A DNA stretch of 60,676 nt from a virus (taxonomy: Duplodnaviria; Caudoviricetes). The translations under genes and the position numbers were made by a program. A model generated the notes under the pieces. The model was given only the letters and a program-made list of their open reading frames with translations. It did not search any database and had not been told where the DNA came from. The DNA lies in the IMG/VR virus record IMGVR_UViG_3300021389_000023, positions 1-60,676 of that record. One strand, written 5' to 3'. Numbering within the stretch: the stretch's first letter is position 1; every line of letters begins with the position of its first letter. Below, in pieces: positions 15,413 to 25,151 of the stretch.

Positions 15413-17419
15413 ATGCCAAGTCGCTTTTTAAATAATATAACAGTAAACGATGAGTATACACTGCCAAGCGCAGATGGCGCAGCTGATCAGATAATAACAA
15501 CGGATGGCGCAGGTCAGCTTAGTTTTGTAGATCAAAGCACAATAAGCGCGGGTAATGCCGAGCACGTTGTCATTTATGCAAAAAACACTTCAGGTTCACA
15601 AATAGACAAAGGAACACCTGTTTACATAACTGGTACTGTTGGTGCTACTGACACAGTTGAAATAGCTCCAGCTGACGCAGGAAACTCTTCTCATATGCCT
15701 GCGGTTGGACTTCTAGATGATACGCTAGCTAACAATGCTTTTGGATATGTTATTACTGGTGGTTTTATGGATAATATCACTACTGACCCAATTGATGGTG
15801 ATCAACCCGCTTCAAATGATACAGTTTATGTAAAAGTAGGTGGAGGACTTACATTAACAAAACCAACAGGACCAACTGGGCTTATACAAAATATTGCTAA
15901 AGTTGGTAAAGTATCTGGTGGAAACTCTGGATCACTTATTGTTTCTTCTATACTTAGATCTAACGACGTGCCTAACCTTACAACTGGTAAGATATGGGTT
16001 GGCGACGGTAATACTACAGAATCTACAGTTGTTCATTTAGACGAGACTAATGGTCGTATGGGAATAGGAACGACTAGTCCAAGTTACAAACTAGATGTAG
16101 ATGGTACTGCGAGAATCAATGATGCTTTTACTATTACTAAACCATCGCAAACTGGAGTAAGAGAGAGATTGTTAACAGCAAGTGTTTCTGATGCACCTGG
16201 TGATTTATTTTTTATAAACAACGGTACTATTGGCAATGGAAGTTTTGCTCCTGCTTTTGGTGGAATAATGGCAACTAGGAATGATTTATTTAGTTTAGGT
16301 TTTTCTGGATTAACTACATCTGCATTAGATACTACATCGGGTTTATTTGGTTTACTTGATTTTGCAGCAATGTTAACATCAAATTCAAGCGATCCTTTAA
16401 ATGGTACATTATCTAATGTAAGCAATAGAAAGCTTTTTACCTTTAGGGGGGTAAATTCTTCTGATTTATTCTTAACAATTTTCCCAGGAGGTAATGTTAA
16501 TATAGGAGGTACCACAGATGTAGGCTACAAACTAGATGTAGATGGAGTTATAAGAGGCGAACAATACTTAAGGTTGGCAGATACAAGTGGTACAAACCAA
16601 TTTAGTATTAGAGCTGAGTCTACTTTCGGTACACTTGACAACGGGTCTAAAACATTTAACTACATAGCTAGTAATCATTTGTTTTTAGTTGGATTTTCTG
16701 AAAAGATGCGCATTAACTCTAATGGTAATGTCGGTATTGGGACTACAAGTCCTGATGAGGCACTACATGTGTACCACCCTTCTGCAAACATAAATGCAAT
16801 AATAGAATCGGGCGATGCAAATGCGTATCTAGCGTTTAAAGATAGTTTAACCACCTCAAATGCTTCTGTATTTTTAGGTGCTAGTGCCAATGATATGACA
16901 TTTTTTGCAGGTGGTACAACAGAACGTATGAGAATAGAATCAACGGGGGATGTAGGCATTGGAACTAATAATCCAACTGAGAAGTTGCATATTTCTGATA
17001 ATGGAGCTACTACTGTTGTAATAGAAAGTACGGACACTGCTAAATCTACAAATGCTAATTTGAATTTTAAAACAGCAGGTGTAGTAACAGTAGAAATGAA
17101 AGCTCAAGCAGAGTCTGCTAATGCTACAGTTGGAGGTAGTTTTGTAATAGAAACTGCATCGGATGATATTGGTGGGACAAACACAAACCAACTTGCTCTA
17201 AGTAATGATGGTAGTGTTGGTATTGGTATAGGGGCTCCTAGAGCTCAGCTTGAAGTTGATGGGGGTGTTAAAATTGCGGATGACACAGACACAGCTTCTT
17301 CTGACAAAGTAGGAACACTAAGATATAGAACATCAGGAAATAATAGTTATGTAGACATGTGTATGCAAACAGGTGCATCAACATATGCTTGGGTAAATAT
17401 AGTACAAAACAATTGGTAA
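15413..17419 (+). CDS. Long tail fibre with GNVGIGT repeats
   Basis: Five G.(V/M).IG repeat units typical of Bacteroidetes phage fibres. Confidence 0.85.
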   Translation: MPSRFLNNITVNDEYTLPSADGAADQIITTDGAGQLSFVDQSTISAGNAEHVVIYAKNTSGSQIDKGTPVYITGTVGATDTVEIAPADAGNSSHMPAVGLLDDTLANNAFGYVITGGFMDNITTDPIDGDQPASNDTVYVKVGGGLTLTKPTGPTGLIQNIAKVGKVSGGNSGSLIVSSILRSNDVPNLTTGKIWVGDGNTTESTVVHLDETNGRMGIGTTSPSYKLDVDGTARINDAFTITKPSQTGVRERLLTASVSDAPGDLFFINNGTIGNGSFAPAFGGIMATRNDLFSLGFSGLTTSALDTTSGLFGLLDFAAMLTSNSSDPLNGTLSNVSNRKLFTFRGVNSSDLFLTIFPGGNVNIGGTTDVGYKLDVDGVIRGEQYLRLADTSGTNQFSIRAESTFGTLDNGSKTFNYIASNHLFLVGFSEKMRINSNGNVGIGTTSPDEALHVYHPSANINAIIESGDANAYLAFKDSLTTSNASVFLGASANDMTFFAGGTTERMRIESTGDVGIGTNNPTEKLHISDNGATTVVIESTDTAKSTNANLNFKTAGVVTVEMKAQAESANATVGGSFVIETASDDIGGTNTNQLALSNDGSVGIGIGAPRAQLEVDGGVKIADDTDTASSDKVGTLRYRTSGNNSYVDMCMQTGASTYAWVNIVQNNW

Positions 17420-17420
17420 T

Positions 17421-17771
17421 ATGGGAAAAAAATATATATCTGACGAGTTTGTAACAGAAGCAGGGTGGTCATCTAATAATGCTGCTCTTGTAGATAATCT
17501 AACAACCGCCAACATAAGCGGTGCAACTAATTTAGATTGGGACTTTACAGTACATAAATTAACTGCTACCGCAGCGGTTACATTTAGTGATATTAATTTA
17601 CCTACACATCCTAAAACCATAACTATTTATTTAACAGGCGAATTTGCTATTACAGCGGTTACAGCTTGGGATTTAGACTTAACTGATTACGATGGTTCAG
17701 TATGGAATAGAATTACGATTGACTATGTGGAAAGCGGTTTTTATAGTGCGGATTTAAAAGTATTATCGTAA
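17421..17771 (+). CDS. Tail-fibre-associated beta protein
   Basis: 116-aa ORF within the fibre module. Confidence 0.65.
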   Translation: MGKKYISDEFVTEAGWSSNNAALVDNLTTANISGATNLDWDFTVHKLTATAAVTFSDINLPTHPKTITIYLTGEFAITAVTAWDLDLTDYDGSVWNRITIDYVESGFYSADLKVLS

Positions 17772-18493
17772 TGAGTAGACGTAGGATTTTATTAGCTAAT
17801 CAATCACAAGGCGGTGGTGGTTTTAGTCCTTTAGATTTAAGTCCTAACTTATGGTTAGATGCTACTGATGCAACTACTATTACAGAAGTAAGCGGAAATG
17901 TTAGTCAATGGGATGATAAAAGTGGTAACGGTAATAATGTTGTACAAACTTTATCAACTGACAGACCTACAAATGGTGCTTCTATTAACGGTAATAACGC
18001 TATTGATTGGGGTGCAGCGAGAAATAGAAAAAGACTTGGGTTAAATAGAGGTGCAAACACAGATAATTGGCAAGATGTTTACGTTGTTGGACGTTGGGAC
18101 GCAGCAGATACAATTTTTCCAAGATATAACGGTTTATATAGTGCTTTTACAAGTGGTGGTACATCGAGTGGTATAGGATTAACGGGAAGGATTAGTACAC
18201 CCGATTTTTTTAGCGCAATTACATTTTATGATAATTTATATTTAAACAATACTTTAATAGCAAGTGGCGACGATGTCTTAGGCGTTGCAAATACAATAGC
18301 AAATAATTTTTTTATATCTTTTTCGGCAAATTCACCTATTGGTGTTAATGGTATTTGTGTAGGTGGCGAAAGGGCTAATAATTCTAACGGTTGGCAAGGT
18401 GTTATAGGGGAAGTAGTTGCATTTCCTAGAAAATTAAGCGATACAGAACGAGGGCAAATGAACACATATTTAACAAATAAATGGGGTTTATAA
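17771..18493 (+). CDS. Concanavalin A-like lectin domain protein (putative receptor binding)
   Basis: LWLDA.D...VSQW.DKSGNG...G.IGEV...YL..KWG pattern. Confidence 0.8.
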   Translation: MSRRRILLANQSQGGGGFSPLDLSPNLWLDATDATTITEVSGNVSQWDDKSGNGNNVVQTLSTDRPTNGASINGNNAIDWGAARNRKRLGLNRGANTDNWQDVYVVGRWDAADTIFPRYNGLYSAFTSGGTSSGIGLTGRISTPDFFSAITFYDNLYLNNTLIASGDDVLGVANTIANNFFISFSANSPIGVNGICVGGERANNSNGWQGVIGEVVAFPRKLSDTERGQMNTYLTNKWGL

Positions 18494-18780
18494 TGAAAGC
18501 AATAAAAGAAAATAATACAATACAGATTTATTCCAAAATACCTAAATTTTATAATAATACACCGTATTATAACACGTTACCAAACGACAAGCATATTGCC
18601 GACGGTTGGCAAGATGTAGAGCAACCTACATTTGATAGTAACAAGCAAAGATTGTCTGAAGTAAAAGAAGATGTAGGCGGTGTTTTTTATTACGAAGTCA
18701 TAGACCTAAACGCAGACGAATTACAAGCTATTGAAGATGCGGAAATACAACTGGGAAAACATTTTGGTACACAGTTTTAA
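18493..18780 (+). CDS. Tail-fibre accessory protein
   Basis: Likely start MKAIKE with TAATG coupling. Confidence 0.6.
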   Translation: MKAIKENNTIQIYSKIPKFYNNTPYYNTLPNDKHIADGWQDVEQPTFDSNKQRLSEVKEDVGGVFYYEVIDLNADELQAIEDAEIQLGKHFGTQF

Positions 18781-18822
18781 TCTATAATAGCGTTGTAATG
18801 TTAATTAAAAAAAATAAAAATT

Positions 18823-19149
18823 ATGATAAATTACACATGGGATTGCAGAACAGTAGATGTATATCCAACAGAAGGAAGTAACACAAATGTGGTGTATAAC
18901 GTGCACTACAGGGTGACTGGTGAAGATAGTGAAACAGCTCTTACAGCAGTCTCAATAGGTACTCAAATGTTAGATACATCTGACATTACAGAGTTTATAC
19001 CTTTTTCTGATTTAACAAACGAGCAAGTCGTTGATTGGACAAAAGCGTCATTAGGTGATGAAACCATCGCTGTCATCGAGAAAAACATTGCTGATCAGAT
19101 TGCAGAGAAAGAAAATCCTACATCTGTTACGATGAACATAGAGGATTAA
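18823..19149 (+). CDS. Conserved tail-associated protein (FIPFSDLTNEQVVDW)
   Basis: Motif recalled from marine phages; follows the fibre genes. Confidence 0.75.
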   Translation: MINYTWDCRTVDVYPTEGSNTNVVYNVHYRVTGEDSETALTAVSIGTQMLDTSDITEFIPFSDLTNEQVVDWTKASLGDETIAVIEKNIADQIAEKENPTSVTMNIED

Positions 19150-19161
19150 ATTAAAATTACT

Positions 19162-19169
19162 TATATTTG
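19162..19169 (+). promoter_or_regulatory. -7 box TATATTTG heading the packaging operon
   Basis: Consensus match in an intergenic gap. Confidence 0.6.
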
Positions 19170-19190
19170 CTATAATAAAATCAAATAATA

Positions 19191-19421
19191 ATGAGTAAAA
19201 TTAAAGATGATCAGCTTAAAAAGCTACAGGAATTAGTAGGTAGTATAAACAGTGTACAATCACAGGTAGGTGGGTTGGAGTTTCAAAAGCACCAGCTACT
19301 TCATCAGGTGTCAGATATTCAGGGTGAATTAAATGCTTACCAGAAAGAACTTGAGGATGAGTATGGTAAGGTTTCAATAAACCTTCAAGACGGAACTATA
19401 TCTGAGGAAAGTGGAGATTAG
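19191..19421 (+). CDS. Small coiled-coil protein
   Basis: Heptad pattern; LE.EYG.V.I.L.DG ending. Confidence 0.75.
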   Translation: MSKIKDDQLKKLQELVGSINSVQSQVGGLEFQKHQLLHQVSDIQGELNAYQKELEDEYGKVSINLQDGTISEESGD

Positions 19422-19635
19422 AAAGATATCTATAGGAGCTGACTATAAGTCTAGTTCTATGCATTATATATATGGTCAAGGCGTTTTAAATAACCAGTAC
19501 TATATACATCTGATACAGTATGATGAGACATCTGAATCTTATAAAATATGGATAGAGAGGGATGGTGAAATTTTACTTTGGAAAAAGTTCAATAGGAATA
19601 TGCCAATATCTATAGAATTTAATATAAACTTTTAA
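19411..19635 (+). CDS. Conserved hypothetical protein (IRKISIG.DYK..MHY)
   Basis: GTG start, coupled to neighbours. Confidence 0.7.
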   Translation: MEIRKISIGADYKSSSMHYIYGQGVLNNQYYIHLIQYDETSESYKIWIERDGEILLWKKFNRNMPISIEFNINF

Positions 19636-20204
19636 TGAGATCACCCTTTAACTTTATTGTGCGTCCGCATAATGGAAGGAGGTATGATAATATAAAGAAT
19701 GTTGGTGGAATAGATTTAATAACTAGCACATCACAGGAAGATCATACAACATCTAACCGATATGCAACTGTGGTGTCTACACCTATTAATTACTCAGGTG
19801 ATATAGAGCCTGGTGATACTATTATGGTTCATCATAATGTTTTTAAATATTATTATGACATGAAGGGTCGTCAAAAAAGTGGAAGAAGTTTTATTAAGGA
19901 CGACTTATTCTTGGTTGATGACTTTCAGTATTATATGTATAAGCATAATGATGTTTGGAAGTCTAAGGATGAGTTTTGTTTTATAAGACCAATATCTAAA
20001 GAACAGATTTATATATACAGTCCTGGTGTAGAACAACCATTGATGGGTGAGATTGTATACACAAACAACATTTTACTTTCTTACGGATTAGATGTCGGAG
20101 ATATTGTATCTTTTAGACCAGATTCAGAGTATGAGTTTAATTTAGATGGAGAGAAACTGTACAGGGTAAGAACAGACTGGATAACATGGACTCAAGAAAA
20201 ATAA
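19635..20204 (+). CDS. Tandem GroES-like protein
   Basis: Two units each with FI(V)RP...(A/G).(V/I)V...GD.(I/V) GroES-fold pattern. Confidence 0.6.
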   Translation: MRSPFNFIVRPHNGRRYDNIKNVGGIDLITSTSQEDHTTSNRYATVVSTPINYSGDIEPGDTIMVHHNVFKYYYDMKGRQKSGRSFIKDDLFLVDDFQYYMYKHNDVWKSKDEFCFIRPISKEQIYIYSPGVEQPLMGEIVYTNNILLSYGLDVGDIVSFRPDSEYEFNLDGEKLYRVRTDWITWTQEK

Positions 20205-20467
20205 AGATAGAGATAATAAGGGCAGCTGAAAAGGCTGTTCAGGAACTTATAAAGGTCGCTAAGGAGGATATAATTAAGAAGGATCTTGATGATCTATCTC
20301 CAGAGATAGCTGCCGATAGGTTAAAGAATGCTGCTGCATCAAAAAAGCTTGCTATATTTGATGCTTTTGAGATACTATCTAGAATAGAGTCAGAGAAAGA
20401 ACTTATAGAGAGTTCAGGAACTGAAACAAAAAATATGAACAGCTTTGCAGAAAGAAGAGCAAAATAA
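20186..20467 (+). CDS. Putative terminase small subunit
   Basis: Helical 93-aa protein directly upstream of TerL. Confidence 0.5.
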   Translation: MDSRKIKIEIIRAAEKAVQELIKVAKEDIIKKDLDDLSPEIAADRLKNAAASKKLAIFDAFEILSRIESEKELIESSGTETKNMNSFAERRAK

Positions 20468-22688
20468 AGAACTATATACTAAGGTATATCCTATTACAGA
20501 AAAGGCTTTAAAATCAAAGAATAAGGCTAGATCATTTAAGTATGGATATGATGATAAGTATGATATTGTTGTTATATCTAAGGATGGTACTGTAGGGGAT
20601 GTTATTAATATTAATGGTATAAATATAGCCCTACCATCTACACCTAAAAAAATACACAAGAGAAGCTCAAAAAAAAATGAACAGTATTGGGAGGTTCCTG
20701 AATATCCAAAACAACTACAAAGAATAAAATCTATATTCCAATGGAACGAGTCTCCTAAAGATTTCAAGTCTAGTTGGGTTGATTATATTGAACAAGAGTT
20801 TGACAGAAGGGATGACGGATATTGGTTCTACAATAATGGCGAACCTACGTATATAACAGGTACACACTACATGTACTTGCAATGGACTAAGATTGATGTT
20901 GGTCATCCTGACTTTCGTGAAGCGAATAGAATATTCTTTTTATATTGGGAGGCTTGTAAGGCTGATGATAGATGTTTCGGAATGGTGTATTTAAAGATAC
21001 GTCGTTCAGGTTTTTCATTTATGTCTTCAGCTGAGTGTGTTAATACTGCTACACTAGCAAAAGATTCTAGGGTAGGGATATTGTCTAAGACTGGGTCTGA
21101 TGCCAAGAAGATGTTTACAGATAAGGTTGTACCAATATCTAGTAACTATCCTTTCTTCTTTAAGCCTGTTCAGGATGGTATGGATAAACCTAAGACAGAG
21201 CTTGCGTACAGGGTTCCTGCCTCTAAGATAACAAAGAAAAATATGTATGACTCTGAGGAGGATATAGATGGATTGGATACCACTATTGATTGGAAGAATA
21301 CTGACGATAACTCTTATGATGGGGAAAAACTTTTACTACTGGTTCATGATGAATCTGGTAAGTGGATTAAACCAAATAATATATTAAACAATTGGCGTGT
21401 AACAAAAACCTGTCTAAGACTAGGTAGTAGGATCATTGGTAAGTGTCTAATGGGTTCTACATCAAATGCACTAGAGAAGGGTGGTAATAACTTCAAGAAG
21501 TTATACTACGATTCTGATCCTAACAACAGGAACTCTAACGGACAAACAAAGAGTGGTATGTATAACATATTCATACCTATGGAATGGAATATGGAAGGTT
21601 TTATAGATAGGTATGGTATGCCAGTCTTAGACAATCCAAAAAAGCCTGTTATAGGTATCAATGGTGATAAAATAAAGCAGGGTGCTGTAGAGTATTGGAA
21701 CAATGAGGTTGATTCTCTTAAGAACGATCCAGATGCTCTTAATGAGTATTATAGACAGTTTCCAAGGACAGAGTCTCATGCATTTAGAGATGAAAGCAAG
21801 AGCTCTATATTTAGCCTGACTAAGATATATCAGCAGATGGATTACAATGATAATCTTATACGTGATAAGGTTTTGGTTAAGGGGTCATTCCATTGGAAGG
21901 ATGGAAAGAAGGATACAGAGGTTTTCTGGACTCCCGATAACAGGGGTAGGTTTTTAATATCTTGGATTCCAAATCAAAAATTACAGAACAGGATAGATAT
22001 AGTAAACGGATCTAAGTCACCTGGCAACGCTCATATAGGTTCCTTTGGTTGTGATAGTTATGATATATCAGGAACTGTTGGTGGTGGTGGATCTAATGGT
22101 GCTCTTCATGGACTTACTAGATTTCATATGGATGACGCTCCTGTAAACGAGTTTTTTTTGGAGTATGTGGCAAGACCTCAGACAGCAGAAATATTCTTTG
22201 AGGATGTTTTAATGGCTTGTGTATTTTATGGGATGCCTATACTTGTAGAGAACAATAAACCAAGACTACTATATCACTTTAAAAACAGAGGTTATAGAAA
22301 GTATTCATTAAACAGACCTGATAAGCCTACTAGGAACCTTTCTAAGACAGAGTTAGAGCTTGGGGGTATACCTAACTCATCTGAGGCAGTAAAACAAGCA
22401 CACGCATCAGCTATAGAGACATACATAGAGAAGTATGTTGGTTTAGATATTGAGGGCAACTATAGGTCTTCTGACGAGATGGGTTCTATGTACTTCTCTA
22501 GGACACTGCAAGACTGGGCTAGGTTCGATATAAATAATAGAACTAAGTTTGATGCATCTATTAGCTCTGGTTTAGCTATCATGGCTAATCAAAAACATAC
22601 ATTTAACAACATTAAAAAACAGTCAAAAATAAGCATTAACTTTGCAAGATATAATAACCAAGGACGATTTAGTGAAATAATTAGATGA
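20445..22688 (+). CDS. terL: Terminase large subunit
   Basis: LKIRRSGFS Walker A variant, LLVHDESGK Walker B, GST motif, GCDSYD nuclease aspartate. Confidence 0.92.
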   Translation: MQKEEQNKELYTKVYPITEKALKSKNKARSFKYGYDDKYDIVVISKDGTVGDVININGINIALPSTPKKIHKRSSKKNEQYWEVPEYPKQLQRIKSIFQWNESPKDFKSSWVDYIEQEFDRRDDGYWFYNNGEPTYITGTHYMYLQWTKIDVGHPDFREANRIFFLYWEACKADDRCFGMVYLKIRRSGFSFMSSAECVNTATLAKDSRVGILSKTGSDAKKMFTDKVVPISSNYPFFFKPVQDGMDKPKTELAYRVPASKITKKNMYDSEEDIDGLDTTIDWKNTDDNSYDGEKLLLLVHDESGKWIKPNNILNNWRVTKTCLRLGSRIIGKCLMGSTSNALEKGGNNFKKLYYDSDPNNRNSNGQTKSGMYNIFIPMEWNMEGFIDRYGMPVLDNPKKPVIGINGDKIKQGAVEYWNNEVDSLKNDPDALNEYYRQFPRTESHAFRDESKSSIFSLTKIYQQMDYNDNLIRDKVLVKGSFHWKDGKKDTEVFWTPDNRGRFLISWIPNQKLQNRIDIVNGSKSPGNAHIGSFGCDSYDISGTVGGGGSNGALHGLTRFHMDDAPVNEFFLEYVARPQTAEIFFEDVLMACVFYGMPILVENNKPRLLYHFKNRGYRKYSLNRPDKPTRNLSKTELELGGIPNSSEAVKQAHASAIETYIEKYVGLDIEGNYRSSDEMGSMYFSRTLQDWARFDINNRTKFDASISSGLAIMANQKHTFNNIKKQSKISINFARYNNQGRFSEIIR

Positions 22689-25105
22689 AAGAGATAAATA
22701 TATCTGTAAACTCGTCTTCATTTCCCAGCCAGTATGTACCTGACTCTAAGAAGAATACAAAAGAGTTTGGTCTACAGATAGGTCAAGCCATTCAGTATGA
22801 GTGGTTTAAGAGAGATAATGGAGGTTCAAAATTTTACAACCAATGGGATGCCTTCCATAAACTAAGGCTATACGCTAGAGCAGAACAATCTGTAGCTAAA
22901 TATAAGAACGAACTATCTGTAGACGGAGACTTGTCATACATGAACTTAGACTGGACACCTGTCCCAATAATACCTAAGTTCATAGACATAGTTGTTAACG
23001 GAATGGCAGACAGAATGTTTGACATTAAGGCTTATGCACAAGATGCAATGTCTGCTGAAAAGAGAAATAGTTATCAAGACAATATAGAGTCAGACATGGT
23101 CTCTAAGGACTTGCTTACACAAATAAAAGATGACTTTGGGGTAGATGCATTTAATACATCACCAGAAGAGTTACCAGAGACAGATGATGAGTTACAATTG
23201 CATATGCAGCTTAACTATAAGTCGTCTATAGAGTTGGCTGAAGAGGCGGCTATAAATACTATACTTTCTGAGAACAAGTATGAGGATACTAGAAAAAGAA
23301 TTGTATATGACCTAACTACACTAGGTATAGGTGTTGCAAAGCACGAGTTCTTACCTGGAGCAGGTATTGTTGCTAAGTATGTAGACCCAGCTAATGTTGT
23401 ATATAGCTATACTGAAGACCCTAACTTTAATGATTGTTTTTATTGGGGTGAGGTTAAGACAGTACCTATAACTGAGGTTGTAAAGATAGACCCTAGTATA
23501 AGTAACGAAGATTTAGAGGCTATTGGAAAATACAGTCAGGCATGGCATCAGTACTCTCATTCTACACAGTATTATGATAATTCTATATTTAGTAATGACA
23601 GCGTAACACTTTTATATTTCAACTATAAGACCACAAAGAAGATGGTTTATAAGAAGAAGGGTGAAAAAGTTATTGAGAAGGATGATGAGTTTAATCCACC
23701 ACAAGAGATGATGGATGAAAGAGGGTTTGATAAGATTGAGAAGAAGATAGAGGTATGGTATGAGGGTGTTATGGTTATGGGTACAAACATCATACTTAGA
23801 TGGGAGTTAGCTAAGAATATGGTAAGACCTAAGTCTGCATCTCAAAACTCAAGTTCTAATTATATTGCTTGTGCTCCAAGGATGTATAAGGGTAATATAG
23901 AGTCATTACTTAGACGTATGGTTCCTTTTGCGGATCTTATACAGATGACTCACCTTAAACTACAACAGGTAATACAGAAGGTTGTTCCAGATGGTGTATT
24001 TATTGATGCTGATGGTATTAATGAGGTTGACCTTGGTAATGGAGCAGCATACAGCCCTGAAGATGCACTTAGGCTATACTTTCAGACAGGTTCTGTTGTT
24101 GGTAGAAGTTATACTCAGGATGGAGAGTTTAATAATGCAAGAGTTCCAATACAGGAACTTTCTAAGAATAGTGGTCAGGGTAAGATAGGAAGCCTTATAG
24201 GTAGTTATAATCATTACCTACAGATGCTTAGAGATGTAACTGGACTTAATGAGGCTCGTGATGGTTCAATGCCTGATCCAAACTCATTAGTAGGGTTACA
24301 GAAGCTTGCAGCATTAAATAGTAATACAGCAACTAGACATATATTAGACGGTACTTTGGATATAACTAGAGACCTAGCTGTAGCACTTTCATGTAGAGTG
24401 TCTGATGCTTTAGAGTATCATCCATACAAGGATGAATTTATAATGCAGATAGGTAAGTATAATGTAAACCTACTTAATGATATTAAGGATTTACACATAT
24501 ATGACTTTGGAATATTTATAGAGATGGCTCCTGACGATGAGCAGAAACAACAGCTAGAACAAAATATTCAAGTAGCTCTCTCTCGTGACGCTATTGATTT
24601 GGATGATGCCATTGATATACGTGAGGTTAGAAATGTAAAGCTAGCTAATCAGTTATTAAAGGTTAAAAGAAAAAGAAAAGAAAAAGACAGACGTGCTTAC
24701 GAGATGCAGAAGGTTCAGCAACAACAGCAGGGACAGATGCAGTCTCAACAGATAGCTGCTCAGGCTGCTGCTCAGAAGATACAGATGGAGGCTCAGGCTA
24801 AGATGCAGATCGCTCAAGCTGAAGCAGGTTTCTCATTAGAGAAGCTTAGAGGTGAGGCTGAGTTGAAGACTCAATTGATGCAACTTGAATTCCAATTAAA
24901 CATGCAGTTAAGGGGTGTTGAGGCTGATATGGTAAACAGTAGAGAGGATAGTAAAGAAAAGGCTAAGGATGATAGGATAAGTAAACAGAATACGCAACAA
25001 TCAAGACTTATTGAGCAGCGTAAGAAAGATTTACCTCCTATAAATTTTGAGTCCAATGAGGATACTCTAGATGGATTTGATCTGTCTGAGTTTGAGCCTA
25101 GATAA
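22685..25105 (+). CDS. Portal protein
   Basis: 806 aa following TerL; IPKF.D.VVNG motif; Q-rich C-terminal coiled coil. Confidence 0.88.
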   Translation: MKEINISVNSSSFPSQYVPDSKKNTKEFGLQIGQAIQYEWFKRDNGGSKFYNQWDAFHKLRLYARAEQSVAKYKNELSVDGDLSYMNLDWTPVPIIPKFIDIVVNGMADRMFDIKAYAQDAMSAEKRNSYQDNIESDMVSKDLLTQIKDDFGVDAFNTSPEELPETDDELQLHMQLNYKSSIELAEEAAINTILSENKYEDTRKRIVYDLTTLGIGVAKHEFLPGAGIVAKYVDPANVVYSYTEDPNFNDCFYWGEVKTVPITEVVKIDPSISNEDLEAIGKYSQAWHQYSHSTQYYDNSIFSNDSVTLLYFNYKTTKKMVYKKKGEKVIEKDDEFNPPQEMMDERGFDKIEKKIEVWYEGVMVMGTNIILRWELAKNMVRPKSASQNSSSNYIACAPRMYKGNIESLLRRMVPFADLIQMTHLKLQQVIQKVVPDGVFIDADGINEVDLGNGAAYSPEDALRLYFQTGSVVGRSYTQDGEFNNARVPIQELSKNSGQGKIGSLIGSYNHYLQMLRDVTGLNEARDGSMPDPNSLVGLQKLAALNSNTATRHILDGTLDITRDLAVALSCRVSDALEYHPYKDEFIMQIGKYNVNLLNDIKDLHIYDFGIFIEMAPDDEQKQQLEQNIQVALSRDAIDLDDAIDIREVRNVKLANQLLKVKRKRKEKDRRAYEMQKVQQQQQGQMQSQQIAAQAAAQKIQMEAQAKMQIAQAEAGFSLEKLRGEAELKTQLMQLEFQLNMQLRGVEADMVNSREDSKEKAKDDRISKQNTQQSRLIEQRKKDLPPINFESNEDTLDGFDLSEFEPR

Positions 25106-25123
25106 ATATAATATAATAATGTG

Positions 25124-25131
25124 TATTTTTG
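25124..25131 (+). promoter_or_regulatory. -7 box TATTTTTG heading scaffold and capsid genes
   Basis: Consensus match in an intergenic gap. Confidence 0.55.
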
Positions 25132-25151
25132 CACAATAAATTTAATTTAAT

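Noticed and set aside
14748-17620. Minus-strand ORFs inside the fibre genes, and similar antisense ORFs inside terL, portal, tail, giant and replication genes
   Set aside because: Antisense shadows of long, motif-supported genes
18740-18822. Possible truncation or recombination scar at the end of 18493..18780
   Set aside because: The C-terminus looks abrupt, but this cannot be supported without homolog alignment
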